A stretch of DNA of 64,000 bases from Acidobacteriota bacterium (GCA_003222305.1 QHVQ01000010.1:369-64368); one strand, 5' to 3'. Shown: positions 1 through 9,117, counted from the stretch's first letter. The notes: generated by a model not told the origin, from the letters alone. Made by a program: numbers and translations.

Positions 1-1045
1 TCATCCTCAATTCCCGAGCGGCCTGGCGCCGGTTCCAGGCATGGCGCTCCAGAGCCTGCAGAATGGCGCGGCTCTCGGCCTGCTGCACGGCCTGACGCGC
101 CACTTCCCTGAGGGAGCGTGGCGCGGCGACCTCCTCGACGGGTTCGGCGGATACGGCTTCTGAAATCGTGGCGCTTCCTGCAGGGTCCAGAAATCCCCCC
201 TCCATCTCGTCGGGTCCACCCAGGAGAATCATCCGCTTGATAAAGTTCTGTAGCTCCCGGACGTTCCCGCGCCAGGCTCCTTCCCCCAGCGACGCAAAAA
301 ACGCGGCGGGAGGTTCGACGAGCTCCGGACGGTTGTACAGGGCGGCGTAGCGCTGGAGAAAGTGACGTGCAAGAGTCGCGAGATCTTCCTTCCTTTCCCG
401 GAGCGGAGGGACCCTCAAGGTCACCACCCCCAGGCGGTAGTAGAGGTCCTGCCGGAAAGTCCCGGCCTTGATATCTCTGGAAAGGTCCCGATTGGTGGCG
501 GCGATGACCCTCACATCAAGGTCCACCACTTGGCGGCCTCCCACCCGGAACATCTTCCGCTCTTGGATCACATGGAGCAGCTTGGCCTGCAGCCGGGGAG
601 GAATCTCGGCGATCTCGTCCAGGAACAGCGTGCCGCCGGAGGCGATTTCGAACTGGCCGGGTCGGTTCTCGGTGGCACCTGTGTAGGAGCCGCGCATGTG
701 GCCGAAAAGCTCCGACTCCAACAGGCCCTCTGAAAGCGAAGCGCAATTCAGGTGCACGAAGGGACGCTCTCGACGGGGAGAGTTGTGGTGGACCAGGAGA
801 GCTAGAAGGTCCTTTCCCACGCCTGTCTCTCCCAGGATCAGCACCGTCTCCGCCGACGGGGCCACCCTCAGGGCGCGCTGTTCCACCGCCATCATGAGCG
901 GCGAGCGGCTGGGGAGGTACTGCCAGGCTCCGGCAGCGTCCTGCCAGCGCGCCGCGTCGCGGGGCGCGAGGTCTCGATGAAGAAGGGCGCTTTTTTTCTC
1001 GGGAGTGCTACGCCGCTGCGCGGGTCTCACTTCAGCCGGATTCAT
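1..1045 (-). CDS. sigma-54-dependent transcriptional activator (bEBP): AAA+ core plus Fis-type HTH. The 3' end runs off the left edge
   Basis: My own minus-strand translation from ATG 1045 reads ...[20 protein letters not shown]...[10 protein letters not shown]...[15 protein letters not shown]...[26 protein letters not shown]...[11 protein letters not shown]...[26 protein letters not shown]...[11 protein letters not shown]...[21 protein letters not shown]-. Walker A, a GAFTGA-type loop, Walker B and the HTH are all visible. It is absent from the ORF track because no stop lies inside the window. Only about 45 aa precede the AAA+ core. The start is uncertain because GGAGG abuts the ATG. Confidence 0.85.
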   Translation of the reverse strand, partial: MNPAEVRPAQRRSTPEKKSALLHRDLAPRDAARWQDAAGAWQYLPSRSPLMMAVEQRALRVAPSAETVLILGETGVGKDLLALLVHHNSPRRERPFVHLNCASLSEGLLESELFGHMRGSYTGATENRPGQFEIASGGTLFLDEIAEIPPRLQAKLLHVIQERKMFRVGGRQVVDLDVRVIAATNRDLSRDIKAGTFRQDLYYRLGVVTLRVPPLRERKEDLATLARHFLQRYAALYNRPELVEPPAAFFASLGEGAWRGNVRELQNFIKRMILLGGPDEMEGGFLDPAGSATISEAVSAEPVEEVAAPRSLREVARQAVQQAESRAILQALERHAWNRRQAARELRM

Positions 1046-1201
1046 CCTCCACGGTCCTTGCGCATGAGGCGTGACGACGAGCTAGGGGAAGTATGGTTCC
1101 AAGGCGGAGGAAAACAATGGAAAAGATCGTAGTCGGGACGCGAATGCCTTGACGGGCGGGGGTTGCGGCGCCGGGCGGGGCGCGCAGGGTCGAAAGTGAG
1201 G

Positions 1202-2323
1202 CTATTCCTCCCCGAGGGGACTCGTCAGCGGATTGACCAGATCCAGAAAAAGTGATTCCAGGGCGAGCTGCCGGTTGACGAAATGTCGGAGATCCTCGCG
1301 GGCGCGCTCGAGGCGACCCAGAAGCGCAGCAGCCTCGAGGGGAGGGAAGAGGAAACCGTCGGGAGACTCGGCAGCACCCCGGGGCTCGGTGAGCAAGGCG
1401 GCGTCGCAACCGCAACCGGCGAGCATCGAGTCGCGCAGCAAGTCTCCGAGAATCGCGAGATCCTCCTGGATCCGGTCTTGGTCGGCGGTGATCCCCGCGG
1501 CGGCGATGAGGGCGGCCGCGGCGGTCTTTTGGCGGCGCGCTTCAGAGAGGACGCGGGTCAAAGCAGCGCGCCGCTCACGGTAGGTCCCAACCTCCTCAGC
1601 CAGGGCCAGTCCGCGACCCAGCTGCCCCCCGGACAGGGAAGCGAGCAGCGTTGCCTGGTCTGGCGGGAGGCGCGGCGCGCCGGATAGAAACCGAGCGATG
1701 GTGCCGCGTGACAGGGTCCCAAAGCGATAGGATTGGCACCGGGAGCGCAGGGTGGGGAGGAGGGTGCGGGGGTTCTCGCAGAGCAACAACAGGAGAGCGC
1801 TGGGGGGTGGCTCCTCGAGCACCTTCAGCAGGGCATTCCCCGATTCCTCCTGGAGCCGTTCCGAGGCCAGGATCAGAAGTAGGCGCCTGCGCCCTCCGGC
1901 AGGGGAGAGAAAAAGCTCGCCCAGCCGCTCGCGGGCAGGCTCCGCCAGGATCTTCCAGGAGGGGTTCCTGCGCACCTCCTCTTGAATGGCGTGGAGATCG
2001 GGAGCCGTGGGGGGTGCCTCGTCCTTGGCCCGCTTCTCTTCAACGTCTCTCTTCCTCTGCGGATAGAGAAGGCCCACGTCGGGATGGAGCAGGGCGGAGG
2101 CGCTCAACCTCCGACAGGCGTCGCACTGCCGGCAGGGGCGGGGAGCGTCGCCGAGGCAGAGCAGGGAGCGCGCCAGCTCCATCCCGGCCGTCAACTTCCC
2201 CACTCCGGCGGGGCCATGGAACAGCAGAGCGGGTGAGAGGCGGTCTTCGTCGAGAGCCCGAGAGAGGGCTTCGACGACGCCGGGATGTCCCCTGAGTTCC
2301 GCGAAGCGATCCGGGCCGCTCAC
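1202..2323 (-). CDS. holB: DNA polymerase III delta-prime subunit
   Basis: ORF 1202..2692 trimmed to GTG 2323, which forms a GTGA overlap with the tmk stop at 2320-2322. Motifs: LLFHGPAGVGK, zinc module CRQCDACRR, LKVLEEPP, LRSRCQ. The upstream part of the ORF is Arg/Pro/Gly-rich junk that overlaps tmk. Confidence 0.85.
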   Translation of the reverse strand: MSGPDRFAELRGHPGVVEALSRALDEDRLSPALLFHGPAGVGKLTAGMELARSLLCLGDAPRPCRQCDACRRLSASALLHPDVGLLYPQRKRDVEEKRAKDEAPPTAPDLHAIQEEVRRNPSWKILAEPARERLGELFLSPAGGRRRLLLILASERLQEESGNALLKVLEEPPPSALLLLLCENPRTLLPTLRSRCQSYRFGTLSRGTIARFLSGAPRLPPDQATLLASLSGGQLGRGLALAEEVGTYRERRAALTRVLSEARRQKTAAAALIAAAGITADQDRIQEDLAILGDLLRDSMLAGCGCDAALLTEPRGAAESPDGFLFPPLEAAALLGRLERAREDLRHFVNRQLALESLFLDLVNPLTSPLGEE

Positions 2324-2967
2324 TTCAGTCCCAGGGATGGGAAGGCGCCACCGATCAAGGCGAGGGTACGCTGATGGACTTCGTCCACGCTGCCTGCGGC
2401 GTCCACCACGCGGATGCGCCGCGGATACGACTTCGCGAGATCCAGGTAAGCCTCCCGCACGCGCCCATGGAACTCCAGGGTCTCCTGTTCGAAGCGATTT
2501 TGGTCGCGGGAGGAGGTCCGCTCGCGTCGTTGGGCGCGGGCGAGGGCCGCCGCCGGCTCGAGATCGAAAAGCAACGTCAGGTCCGGCTCCAGGGCCAGGA
2601 GATCGAATCGATTCAGCTGCTCCACGAGATCCTCTGGGAGGTAACGTCCCCTCCCTTGGTAGGCGCGCGTAGCGTCCTTGTAACGATCGCAAAGCACCAA
2701 CTTTTCCTCCGCCAAGGCGGGGAGAATGATCCGGGCCAAGTGTTGAGCCCGCGCGGCCTGGTAGAGCAGGAGCTCGGCGAGCGGACTGAGATCCCGGTTG
2801 GCGGGATCGAGGAGGAGTCGCCGAATCTGGTTCCCCACTTCCGTGCCGCCCGGCTCGCGTGTGAGAATGTGCTCAATGCCGCCACGGTCAAGGCGAACCG
2901 AGAGGAGCTGTATCTGGGTGGTCTTTCCGGAGCCTTCGATCCCCTCGAAGGTGATGAACGAGCGCAT
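2320..2967 (-). CDS. tmk: thymidylate kinase
   Basis: FITFEGIEGSGKTTQ P-loop, LTREPGGT, DRY...AYQG. Trimmed to ATG 2967, which has GGGGGA 4 nt upstream. The ORF-track start at 3045 is a TTG with no homology-bearing sequence after it. Confidence 0.9.
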   Translation of the reverse strand: MRSFITFEGIEGSGKTTQIQLLSVRLDRGGIEHILTREPGGTEVGNQIRRLLLDPANRDLSPLAELLLYQAARAQHLARIILPALAEEKLVLCDRYKDATRAYQGRGRYLPEDLVEQLNRFDLLALEPDLTLLFDLEPAAALARAQRRERTSSRDQNRFEQETLEFHGRVREAYLDLAKSYPRRIRVVDAAGSVDEVHQRTLALIGGAFPSLGLK

Positions 2968-3126
2968 GGGTTCCCCCGGGTGAGGAAAAAGGAGGCGATG
3001 ATAGCACAGGGTCCCTCGGGGGAGAGACTTGGAAGCGGGGCGCAAGGCCCTCTGGCGGACCGAGGGAGTTGGTGCTCCGGGGCAGGCTCAGGCTCGTGCA
3101 GGAGAAAAGGGCGCAGCGGCCGCCTT

Positions 3127-3135
3127 TGGTAGAAT
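3127..3135 (+). promoter_or_regulatory. candidate extended -10 promoter element (TGgTAGAAT) facing hbd
   Basis: TGGTAGAAT at 3127-3135 lies in the 342-nt divergent gap between tmk and hbd. No good -35 is present. It would give a ~170-nt leader containing the hairpin CCCGCA-ctgc-TGCGGG. Confidence 0.3.
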
Positions 3136-3309
3136 AGCGCGCCGGGGAGCCCCGATGGGACGCTGTCAGGCGCAGCCCGGCGAGCGAGGCTCGGGAGAAA
3201 ACTGCCCGGAGGTCCGAGTGCCCAGGGGGAGGCGGGGACCCGCACTGCTGCGGGTACTGCCGGCACTTCGATGCAGCCGTCCACAACCAGTCTTGAAGGA
3301 GGGCGGAAA

Positions 3310-4154
3310 ATGACCGTCGTCGGAGCGGAGGAGGTGCGCCAAGTGGCGGTGGTGGGAAGCGGCACCATGGGCCGCGGCATCGCTCAGGTGGCGGCCATGG
3401 CGGGGTACAGGGTCCGCCTGTTCGACGCCCAGCCGGGGAGGGCCAAGTCGGCTTTGGAATCAATTCGCGAGACGCTGGAGCAAGGAGTGGCGCGGGGCAA
3501 GGTTGCCAGAGAATCGATGGGAGCGGTCCTTTCCCTGCTGGCTGTCTCGGAGACCCTGGAAGATGTCTCACAGGAGGCGGACCTGGTGGTGGAAGCCATT
3601 CCCGAGATCCTGGCGCTGAAGGAAGCTCTCTTCAAAAACCTCGGCGGGCTCTGCCGGGAGAGCGCGCTGCTGGCTTCCAACACCTCCTCCCTCAGCGTCA
3701 CGCGCCTGGCGCGGGCGGCCTCTCGTCCGGAGCGCGTCGTGGGACTCCACTTCTTCAATCCGCCGCACCTCATGAGGCTCGTGGAGGTGGTCCGCGCGGC
3801 CACGAGTTGCGATGCAGCGGTGGAGACGGCCCTGGGTGTCGTCCGGAAGATGGGCAAGGAAGCCATCGTGGTGCGGGATTCGCCGTGGGGCTGGAGGCCA
3901 TGCGGATGGTGGAGGAGGGAGTGGCTTCGCCGGAATCCATCGACAAGGCCATGGAGCTGGGATATGGGCACCCCATGGGGCCGCTCCGGGTCTCCGACCT
4001 GGTGGGGCTGGACGTGCGGCTGGCTATCGCCAAGACGCTGCACCAGGAGCTCGGCGCGGCTCACTTCGCGCCGCCGGGGATTCTCGTCGAGAAGGTTCGC
4101 GAGGGAAAGCTGGGGAAGAAGTCGGGGGAAGGGTTTTATCGCTGGGAAAAGTAG
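3310..4154 (+). pseudogene. 3-hydroxyacyl/3-hydroxybutyryl-CoA dehydrogenase, disrupted by an out-of-frame internal deletion near 3886
   Basis: ATG 3310 has GAAGGAGGG upstream. The N-terminal Rossmann domain is intact (VAVVGSGTMGRGIAQV...GLHFFNPP...EAIVVRDSP), then the frame degenerates to WGWRPCGWW. The C-terminal domain (LEAMRMVEEGVASPESIDKAMELGYGHPMGPL...GKKSGEGFYRW) continues in another frame (ORF 3807..4154). Confidence 0.7.
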
Positions 4155-4156
4155 GG

Positions 4157-5239
4157 TTACTTTCCCGGAGCCTGGCTGGCCACGACGGAAGCGTTGCGCA
4201 GGATCCCCGAAAGCGTCACGACTCCGACCAGGCGACTGTCCTCCATGACCGGCAGCAGGCTCACCCGCTCGGCGTGCATCCTGCGGAGGGCTTCCCGCAG
4301 CGGATCGGAGGGCGACACCCAGCCGTTGACGGGCTGCACCAAGCCCTGTACAAACTGCTCCCCGGTTTCCTCCTTCAGCGCTTCCAGCATCTTGCCGCGC
4401 GTCAGGACCCCCAGAAGCTTGCCCTCCCGGACCCCGGGAAAATCCTCCTGAAAGGTGTGAAAGGAGCGCCGCAGCGCCTCGGTAATCGTCTCGGCGGGAG
4501 AGAGAAGCAGGAAATCGGTAATCATCAGGTCGCGCACCGAGAGACCTTCCAGGGCGGACTGGAGGAGGGTGGCCTGCTCCTCGGCATTGGCGCCGATGTA
4601 GAGGAATGCCCCGAGGATGGGAAACCACCAATCCAGCCTGAGGATCCCGATGAGAACAAAAAGAGCGCCGAAGGCCTTGCCGATGCGGGCCGCTACGTGC
4701 GTGGCCCGGGCATAAGGCATCCGGGTGGCCAGAACCCCGCGCAGAATCCTCCCGCCGTCCATGGGATAGGCCGGGACCAGGTTGAAAAGGCCGAGGATCA
4801 GATTGGCCCAGAGGAGCGCCCAAAAAGGGCTGGTGGCGGCTAGTACCGCCGGATCCAGGCTATCCATACGGATCCGAAATCCCGCGAAGACAAAAAGACA
4901 GGCGGCGAGGAAAAAGTTGACCAGCGGTCCGGCGATCGCAATGAGGATCTCACGCGCCGGCTCGCGCGGGATGTCGGTAAGCGCCGCGATTCCCCCGAAC
5001 GGGTAGAGAGTGATGGAGGTGATGGTAACCCCGAACCGCCGCGCCACGACGCAGTGCCCCAGCTCGTGCAGAAGGACGCATCCGAACAGGAGAAGAATGA
5101 AGAGGAGGCTCATCAAGCCGGATCGGGCACCGGACTGGCTGGAGACGCTGAAGAAGAAAAACGCCAGAAGAAATAGGAAGGTGAAATGGATCCGGATGGG
5201 GATTCCCAGCACCGTTCCCAGTCGGAAGGACCAGTTCAT
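4157..5239 (-). CDS. M50 site-2 protease family metalloprotease with C-terminal CBS pair
   Basis: HELGH zinc motif, second M50 motif NLVPAYPMDGGR, several TM helices, and two CBS-like repeats at the C-terminus. Confidence 0.85.
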   Translation of the reverse strand: MNWSFRLGTVLGIPIRIHFTFLFLLAFFFFSVSSQSGARSGLMSLLFILLLFGCVLLHELGHCVVARRFGVTITSITLYPFGGIAALTDIPREPAREILIAIAGPLVNFFLAACLFVFAGFRIRMDSLDPAVLAATSPFWALLWANLILGLFNLVPAYPMDGGRILRGVLATRMPYARATHVAARIGKAFGALFVLIGILRLDWWFPILGAFLYIGANAEEQATLLQSALEGLSVRDLMITDFLLLSPAETITEALRRSFHTFQEDFPGVREGKLLGVLTRGKMLEALKEETGEQFVQGLVQPVNGWVSPSDPLREALRRMHAERVSLLPVMEDSRLVGVVTLSGILRNASVVASQAPGK

Positions 5240-5249
5240 GGGAATGCCT

Positions 5250-5927
5250 TCAGTAAAGGCCGGGGAGGATGAATCGGGTCCGCTGGCGATACGCCCGGTA
5301 ATCGGGGAACTCCCGGGCCAGCTTTTCCTCTTCGATCCGCGCCCTCACCAGCTGAAACAGGTTCACGGCGGCCCAGAACGCCAGGGCCGTGTAGGTTCCC
5401 AGAAGCAGGCAAAGCCCGAGCATCGTGCCAGCCTCCCCCAGATAAAGGGGGTGCCGGATGAGACGGTAGGGGCCCGTGCTCACGACTCGGCGAGCCTCCG
5501 CCAAGATGGAGAAAGAGCTCCTCAGGTGCCAGAGGGCCCAGAGGCTCAACGCAAGCCCGGCCACCGACAGCGCCACGGCGGTCCGGGGAGCCGCAAACCG
5601 CGCCGGCCATCCCAGCCGCTGCAGGACAAAAATCCCCAGCGGGCCTGCCAGGAAAACCATCATCGGCAGGATCTTCTCTTTGAACCCCGCCGCGGGCGCC
5701 ACGACCCGCATGCGGCTCAGGTAGGCGGCCAAGACCAGCAGAAAAAAGGCCAGGGTGAGGGTGTGGCGGGCGAACTCCATGGAAAGGTCCTGCCGCAACC
5801 CCTCTCGGGCCATCTGCGCGGACTTGCCGGCGAGCGCCAGGATCTCCGAGGCCAGCGGAATGCTCCAAAGGGCCAGTGGGATCAGCTTGCCAGTGAGCCA
5901 CTCGCGGCGCATCGCGGATTCGCCCAT
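5250..5927 (-). CDS. isoprenylcysteine carboxyl methyltransferase (ICMT)/phospholipid methyltransferase family membrane protein
   Basis: Polytopic protein with C-terminal GPYRLIRHPLYLGE...EEEKL...F..Y..Y signature. Confidence 0.7.
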   Translation of the reverse strand: MGESAMRREWLTGKLIPLALWSIPLASEILALAGKSAQMAREGLRQDLSMEFARHTLTLAFFLLVLAAYLSRMRVVAPAAGFKEKILPMMVFLAGPLGIFVLQRLGWPARFAAPRTAVALSVAGLALSLWALWHLRSSFSILAEARRVVSTGPYRLIRHPLYLGEAGTMLGLCLLLGTYTALAFWAAVNLFQLVRARIEEEKLAREFPDYRAYRQRTRFILPGLY

Positions 5928-5941
5928 GAGTCAATATCCGG

Positions 5942-6580
5942 TCAGAGCTCCACACTTTTGCCCAGAAAGCCCAGAAGATTGTTCAATCCCACCAGGAAAA
6001 GCATCCCGAAGAGAATCAGGGCCGCCACGGAGAGCCATCTCTGCGAGGTCTTGCTGACGGAAATGCCCCAGGTGATGCAGAAGGTCCAGAGCCCGTTCGC
6101 CAAGGGGTAGGCGGTACCCAGGATCCCAAGAGCGTAAACCGCGAAAGTCAGCGGCTCGTGCATCCCCGCGGACAGGTGGGCGAAGTCGATGTAGAATCCG
6201 CCCATCCACGGCTCGATCTTCGTCTTGTAGACGTGCGCCCCGACGAAGAGCAGCACGCCGATTTCCGAGAGCCGCTGCAGGGTGTAGCTCACATTCCCCA
6301 GGTTGGGATAAAGGGAAAGATTTTGCTTGCCCTGCAGCGTAATCCAGATTCCCAGGCCGGCGTGAAACAGAATAGGGAGGTAGATGAACAGGACCTCGAA
6401 GGCCTCCATGAACGGCAGCCGGTTGAGGGTGGCCAGCCGGGCGTCGAAGGCCTGCGGTCCCTTGAGTGAGAAGGAGTTTGTGTAGAGGTGCATGAGAACG
6501 AACAGCCCCACGGGAACCACCCCCGAGAGGGAATGAAGCCGCAGCCAATAGAAACGGCCCCCCGGCTTCATCAAATGCAT
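5942..6580 (-). CDS. succinate dehydrogenase/fumarate reductase cytochrome b558-type subunit paralog (SdhC-like), orphan
   Basis: Collinear with my recollection of B. subtilis SdhC: FYWLRLHSLSGVVPVGLFVLMHL, LPFMEAFEVLFIYLPILFHAGLGIW, LQRLSEIGVLLFVGAHVY, ANGLWTFCITWGISVSKTSQR. No sdhA/sdhB is adjacent. Confidence 0.7.
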   Translation of the reverse strand: MHLMKPGGRFYWLRLHSLSGVVPVGLFVLMHLYTNSFSLKGPQAFDARLATLNRLPFMEAFEVLFIYLPILFHAGLGIWITLQGKQNLSLYPNLGNVSYTLQRLSEIGVLLFVGAHVYKTKIEPWMGGFYIDFAHLSAGMHEPLTFAVYALGILGTAYPLANGLWTFCITWGISVSKTSQRWLSVAALILFGMLFLVGLNNLLGFLGKSVEL

Positions 6581-6586
6581 GTCCCC

Positions 6587-7531
6587 TCAGGGTCGCGATG
6601 GCGTTGGGAAGTCCTGGAAATACCTTCGGGCCCGCTCCACGTCGGAAGCAATCTGCCGCACGAGCTGCTCCCTGGATGCGAACCGCACTTCGGGGCGCAG
6701 CCGGGCAAGAAAGCGCACTTCCAGGGCCTGATCATAGAGGTCCTCCGATCCCTCCAGGAGGTGGGTCTCCACGGCAAAGGTGGCTTTCTCGAACGTGGGC
6801 CGGGACCCTACATTGGTGACCGAGGGGTGCTCCCGCCCCCCCGCCGATGACAGCGTCACATAGACGCCGTCCGCCGGGAGGAGCTCCGAATCAGTCCTTA
6901 AGTTGGCGGTGGGGAATCCCAGCGAGGACCCGCGGGAATCGCCGTGCACAACCCGTCCCGCGACGGAGAAAGGACGGCCCAGGAGCTCCCGGGCCAGCTC
7001 CACCTCGCCCGAGAGAATTGCTCGCCGGATTCGACTGGAGCTCACCGGGCTCCCTAGAATCAGGAAATCCGGAAGCACAGGGACAAGAAATCCCTGCTCC
7101 TTCCCGAGCTCTCGAAGCAAACTCACGCTGCCTTCGCGGCCGCGCCCGAAATTGAAATTGTTTCCCACGAACACTGCGGAGGCCCCCAAGTCGCCGCGCA
7201 GGACTTCACGAACGAAAGCTTCCGCGGAGACTTCGGCGAACTCGGGTGTGAAAGGGATGATCAGGGCATGCCCGACCCCCAGTTCTTCGATGCGGCGCAT
7301 CTTCTCTTCATGAGCCATGAGCAAGGGGGGGGCGGAGCCGGGGCGGATCACTTTCAGCGGATGGGGCCGGAAGGTGGTCAGGAGTGCCGGCCTGCCTTTG
7401 TCTCGGGCGTATTCCAGAGTTCGGGCGATGATGTACTGATGCCCCCGGTGCACGCCGTCGAAATTTCCCAGGGTCACGATGGGACGCTCCAGCGGTGGCC
7501 GGAGAGTCTTCACGGAGTCATAAATCGTCAT
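6587..7531 (-). CDS. ribF: bifunctional riboflavin kinase / FAD synthetase
   Basis: GNFDGVHRGHQ nucleotidyltransferase motif and C-terminal kinase domain (GFPTANL, PSVTNVG.RPTF, ETHLL). Confidence 0.9.
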   Translation of the reverse strand: MTIYDSVKTLRPPLERPIVTLGNFDGVHRGHQYIIARTLEYARDKGRPALLTTFRPHPLKVIRPGSAPPLLMAHEEKMRRIEELGVGHALIIPFTPEFAEVSAEAFVREVLRGDLGASAVFVGNNFNFGRGREGSVSLLRELGKEQGFLVPVLPDFLILGSPVSSSRIRRAILSGEVELARELLGRPFSVAGRVVHGDSRGSSLGFPTANLRTDSELLPADGVYVTLSSAGGREHPSVTNVGSRPTFEKATFAVETHLLEGSEDLYDQALEVRFLARLRPEVRFASREQLVRQIASDVERARRYFQDFPTPSRP

Positions 7532-7608
7532 GGCGCGTCGGCGAGCCGTAGGCTACCGGTGAGAACGATCGGATTAACAAAAATTTCCGCCCCCAATTCC
7601 TCGGCCAT
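7528..7608 (-). CDS. candidate 26-aa upstream ORF translationally coupled to ribF
   Basis: ATG 7608 is preceded by GGGAGGA (7618-7624) at 9 nt. It encodes MAEELGAEIFVNPIVLTGSLRLADAP. Its TGA overlaps the ribF ATG as ATGA. I recognise no homology. Confidence 0.25.
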   Translation of the reverse strand: MAEELGAEIFVNPIVLTGSLRLADAP

Positions 7609-7755
7609 GATACCCAATCCTCCCAGAAACTTCTCGGCCCCGAGGCCCGCTTCGGTCCTGAGACAGGGAGACGGGGCAAAGAGGTGGGGGCGGCCGCCCG
7701 GCAGGCCTGCGAGCGGGTGCGCTCCGACGGCCTCCGCAGCTTTCCTGCTGCCCGC

Positions 7756-9117
7756 TCAGGCGGAGTGGATCCGTCCCACCAAATCGTAGGGGTGGGCTTC
7801 CTCCACGAGCACCGGAACCAGATCTCCCGGCGCAGCCTTCCCGTCGGCGATGAGGACGCGGGAATCGACGTCCGGTGCCTGATACTGGGTTCGGCCCGTC
7901 AGCAGCATACGGGTTTCACTCTCGAGTCCGTCCACCCGCACCGAGAGAGACCTTCCCACCAGGGCCCGGTGCTTTTCCAGGGTGATGCGGCCCTGGATCT
8001 CCAGAACCTGGCGACGGCGCTCCTGCTTCCTGGCGGGGGCGATATCGTCCTTCAGGGCATAGGCGGCCGTCCCTTCCTCGTGGGAGTAGGTGAAGACGCC
8101 CAGGTGATCGAAGCGGGCCTCCTCCACGAAGCGGCACAGTTCCGCGAAGGAGCGCTCGGTCTCCCCGGGAAATCCCACGATGAGCGTGGTCCGCAAGGCG
8201 CAATCGGGCAGGGCGCGGCGAATCCCCGCGATCAGGCTGTTGAAAATGGGGCGGCTGGCGCCGCGCTTCATGGCCTTCAGGATGTTCGCGTCGGCGTGCT
8301 GCAGGGGAATGTCCAGATAGCGGCACACCTTGGGACTCTCGGCGATGGCTGAGAGCAGCGCGCGCGTGACCCGGTTGGGGTAGGCGTAATGGATCCGGAT
8401 CCATTCGACCCCCTCCACCTGCTCCAGGGTGCGGAGAAGCCGCGGGAGGTCGGTGCCGTCTCCAAGATCGCGGCCGTAGTCGGTGGTGTCCTGGGCGATG
8501 AGCACCAGCTCCTTGACCCCGTGGCAGGCCAGTTCCGCCGCTTCCAGCCGCAGCGACTCGAGGCTTCGCGATCGCATGGCGCCCCGCATCGAGGGAATGG
8601 CGCAGAAGGCGCAGGGATGGTCGCACCCTTCGGAAATCTTGAGATAGGCGAGGTGCGGGCGTGTGGCCAGGATGCGAGCCTGACGGTGGTCGTACAGCGC
8701 TCGGGCGGCGCCGGAGATGCCTGTACCGGGATCCGCCGCGGCGCCGTGCAGGTCGGTCTTCACCGCCTCAACGATGCGCTCCAGCTCGTCCAGGGAGAGA
8801 AAGGCGTCGATCTCCGGGATCGCATCACGGAGCTGGGCGTGATATCGCTGCACCAGGCAGCCGGTCACCACCAGCCTCCGGCAGCTGCCGTGCTTCTTGT
8901 ACTCGGCCATCTCCAAAATGGTATCGATCGACTCCTGTTTCGCGGATTCGATGAAGCCGCAGGTGTTCACCACGATCACGTCCGAGTTGCGCGGGTCCAG
9001 GCTCAAGGCAAGCCCTTCCCGCTTGAGGTGTCCGAGCATGATCTCGGTGTCCACCAGATTCTTGGGGCAGCCCAGTGAGACAAAGCCCACGCGGACGGGC
9101 GAGGAGGGGTGCGTCAC
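7756..9117 (-). CDS. rimO: ribosomal protein S12 methylthiotransferase
   Basis: VGFVSLGCPKNLVDTE, radical-SAM CDHPCAFC, C-terminal TRAM-like segment. Trimmed to GTG 9117, which forms a GTGA overlap with the asnS stop. The ORF-track start at 9261 would overlap asnS by 148 nt. Confidence 0.85.
   Translation of the reverse strand: MTHPSSPVRVGFVSLGCPKNLVDTEIMLGHLKREGLALSLDPRNSDVIVVNTCGFIESAKQESIDTILEMAEYKKHGSCRRLVVTGCLVQRYHAQLRDAIPEIDAFLSLDELERIVEAVKTDLHGAAADPGTGISGAARALYDHRQARILATRPHLAYLKISEGCDHPCAFCAIPSMRGAMRSRSLESLRLEAAELACHGVKELVLIAQDTTDYGRDLGDGTDLPRLLRTLEQVEGVEWIRIHYAYPNRVTRALLSAIAESPKVCRYLDIPLQHADANILKAMKRGASRPIFNSLIAGIRRALPDCALRTTLIVGFPGETERSFAELCRFVEEARFDHLGVFTYSHEEGTAAYALKDDIAPARKQERRRQVLEIQGRITLEKHRALVGRSLSVRVDGLESETRMLLTGRTQYQAPDVDSRVLIADGKAAPGDLVPVLVEEAHPYDLVGRIHSA

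Noticed and set aside
3384-4823. 479-aa ORF on the minus strand
   Set aside because: It is antisense to hbd and out of frame with the M50 protease. Its Arg/Pro/Gly-rich composition is typical of a non-coding frame.
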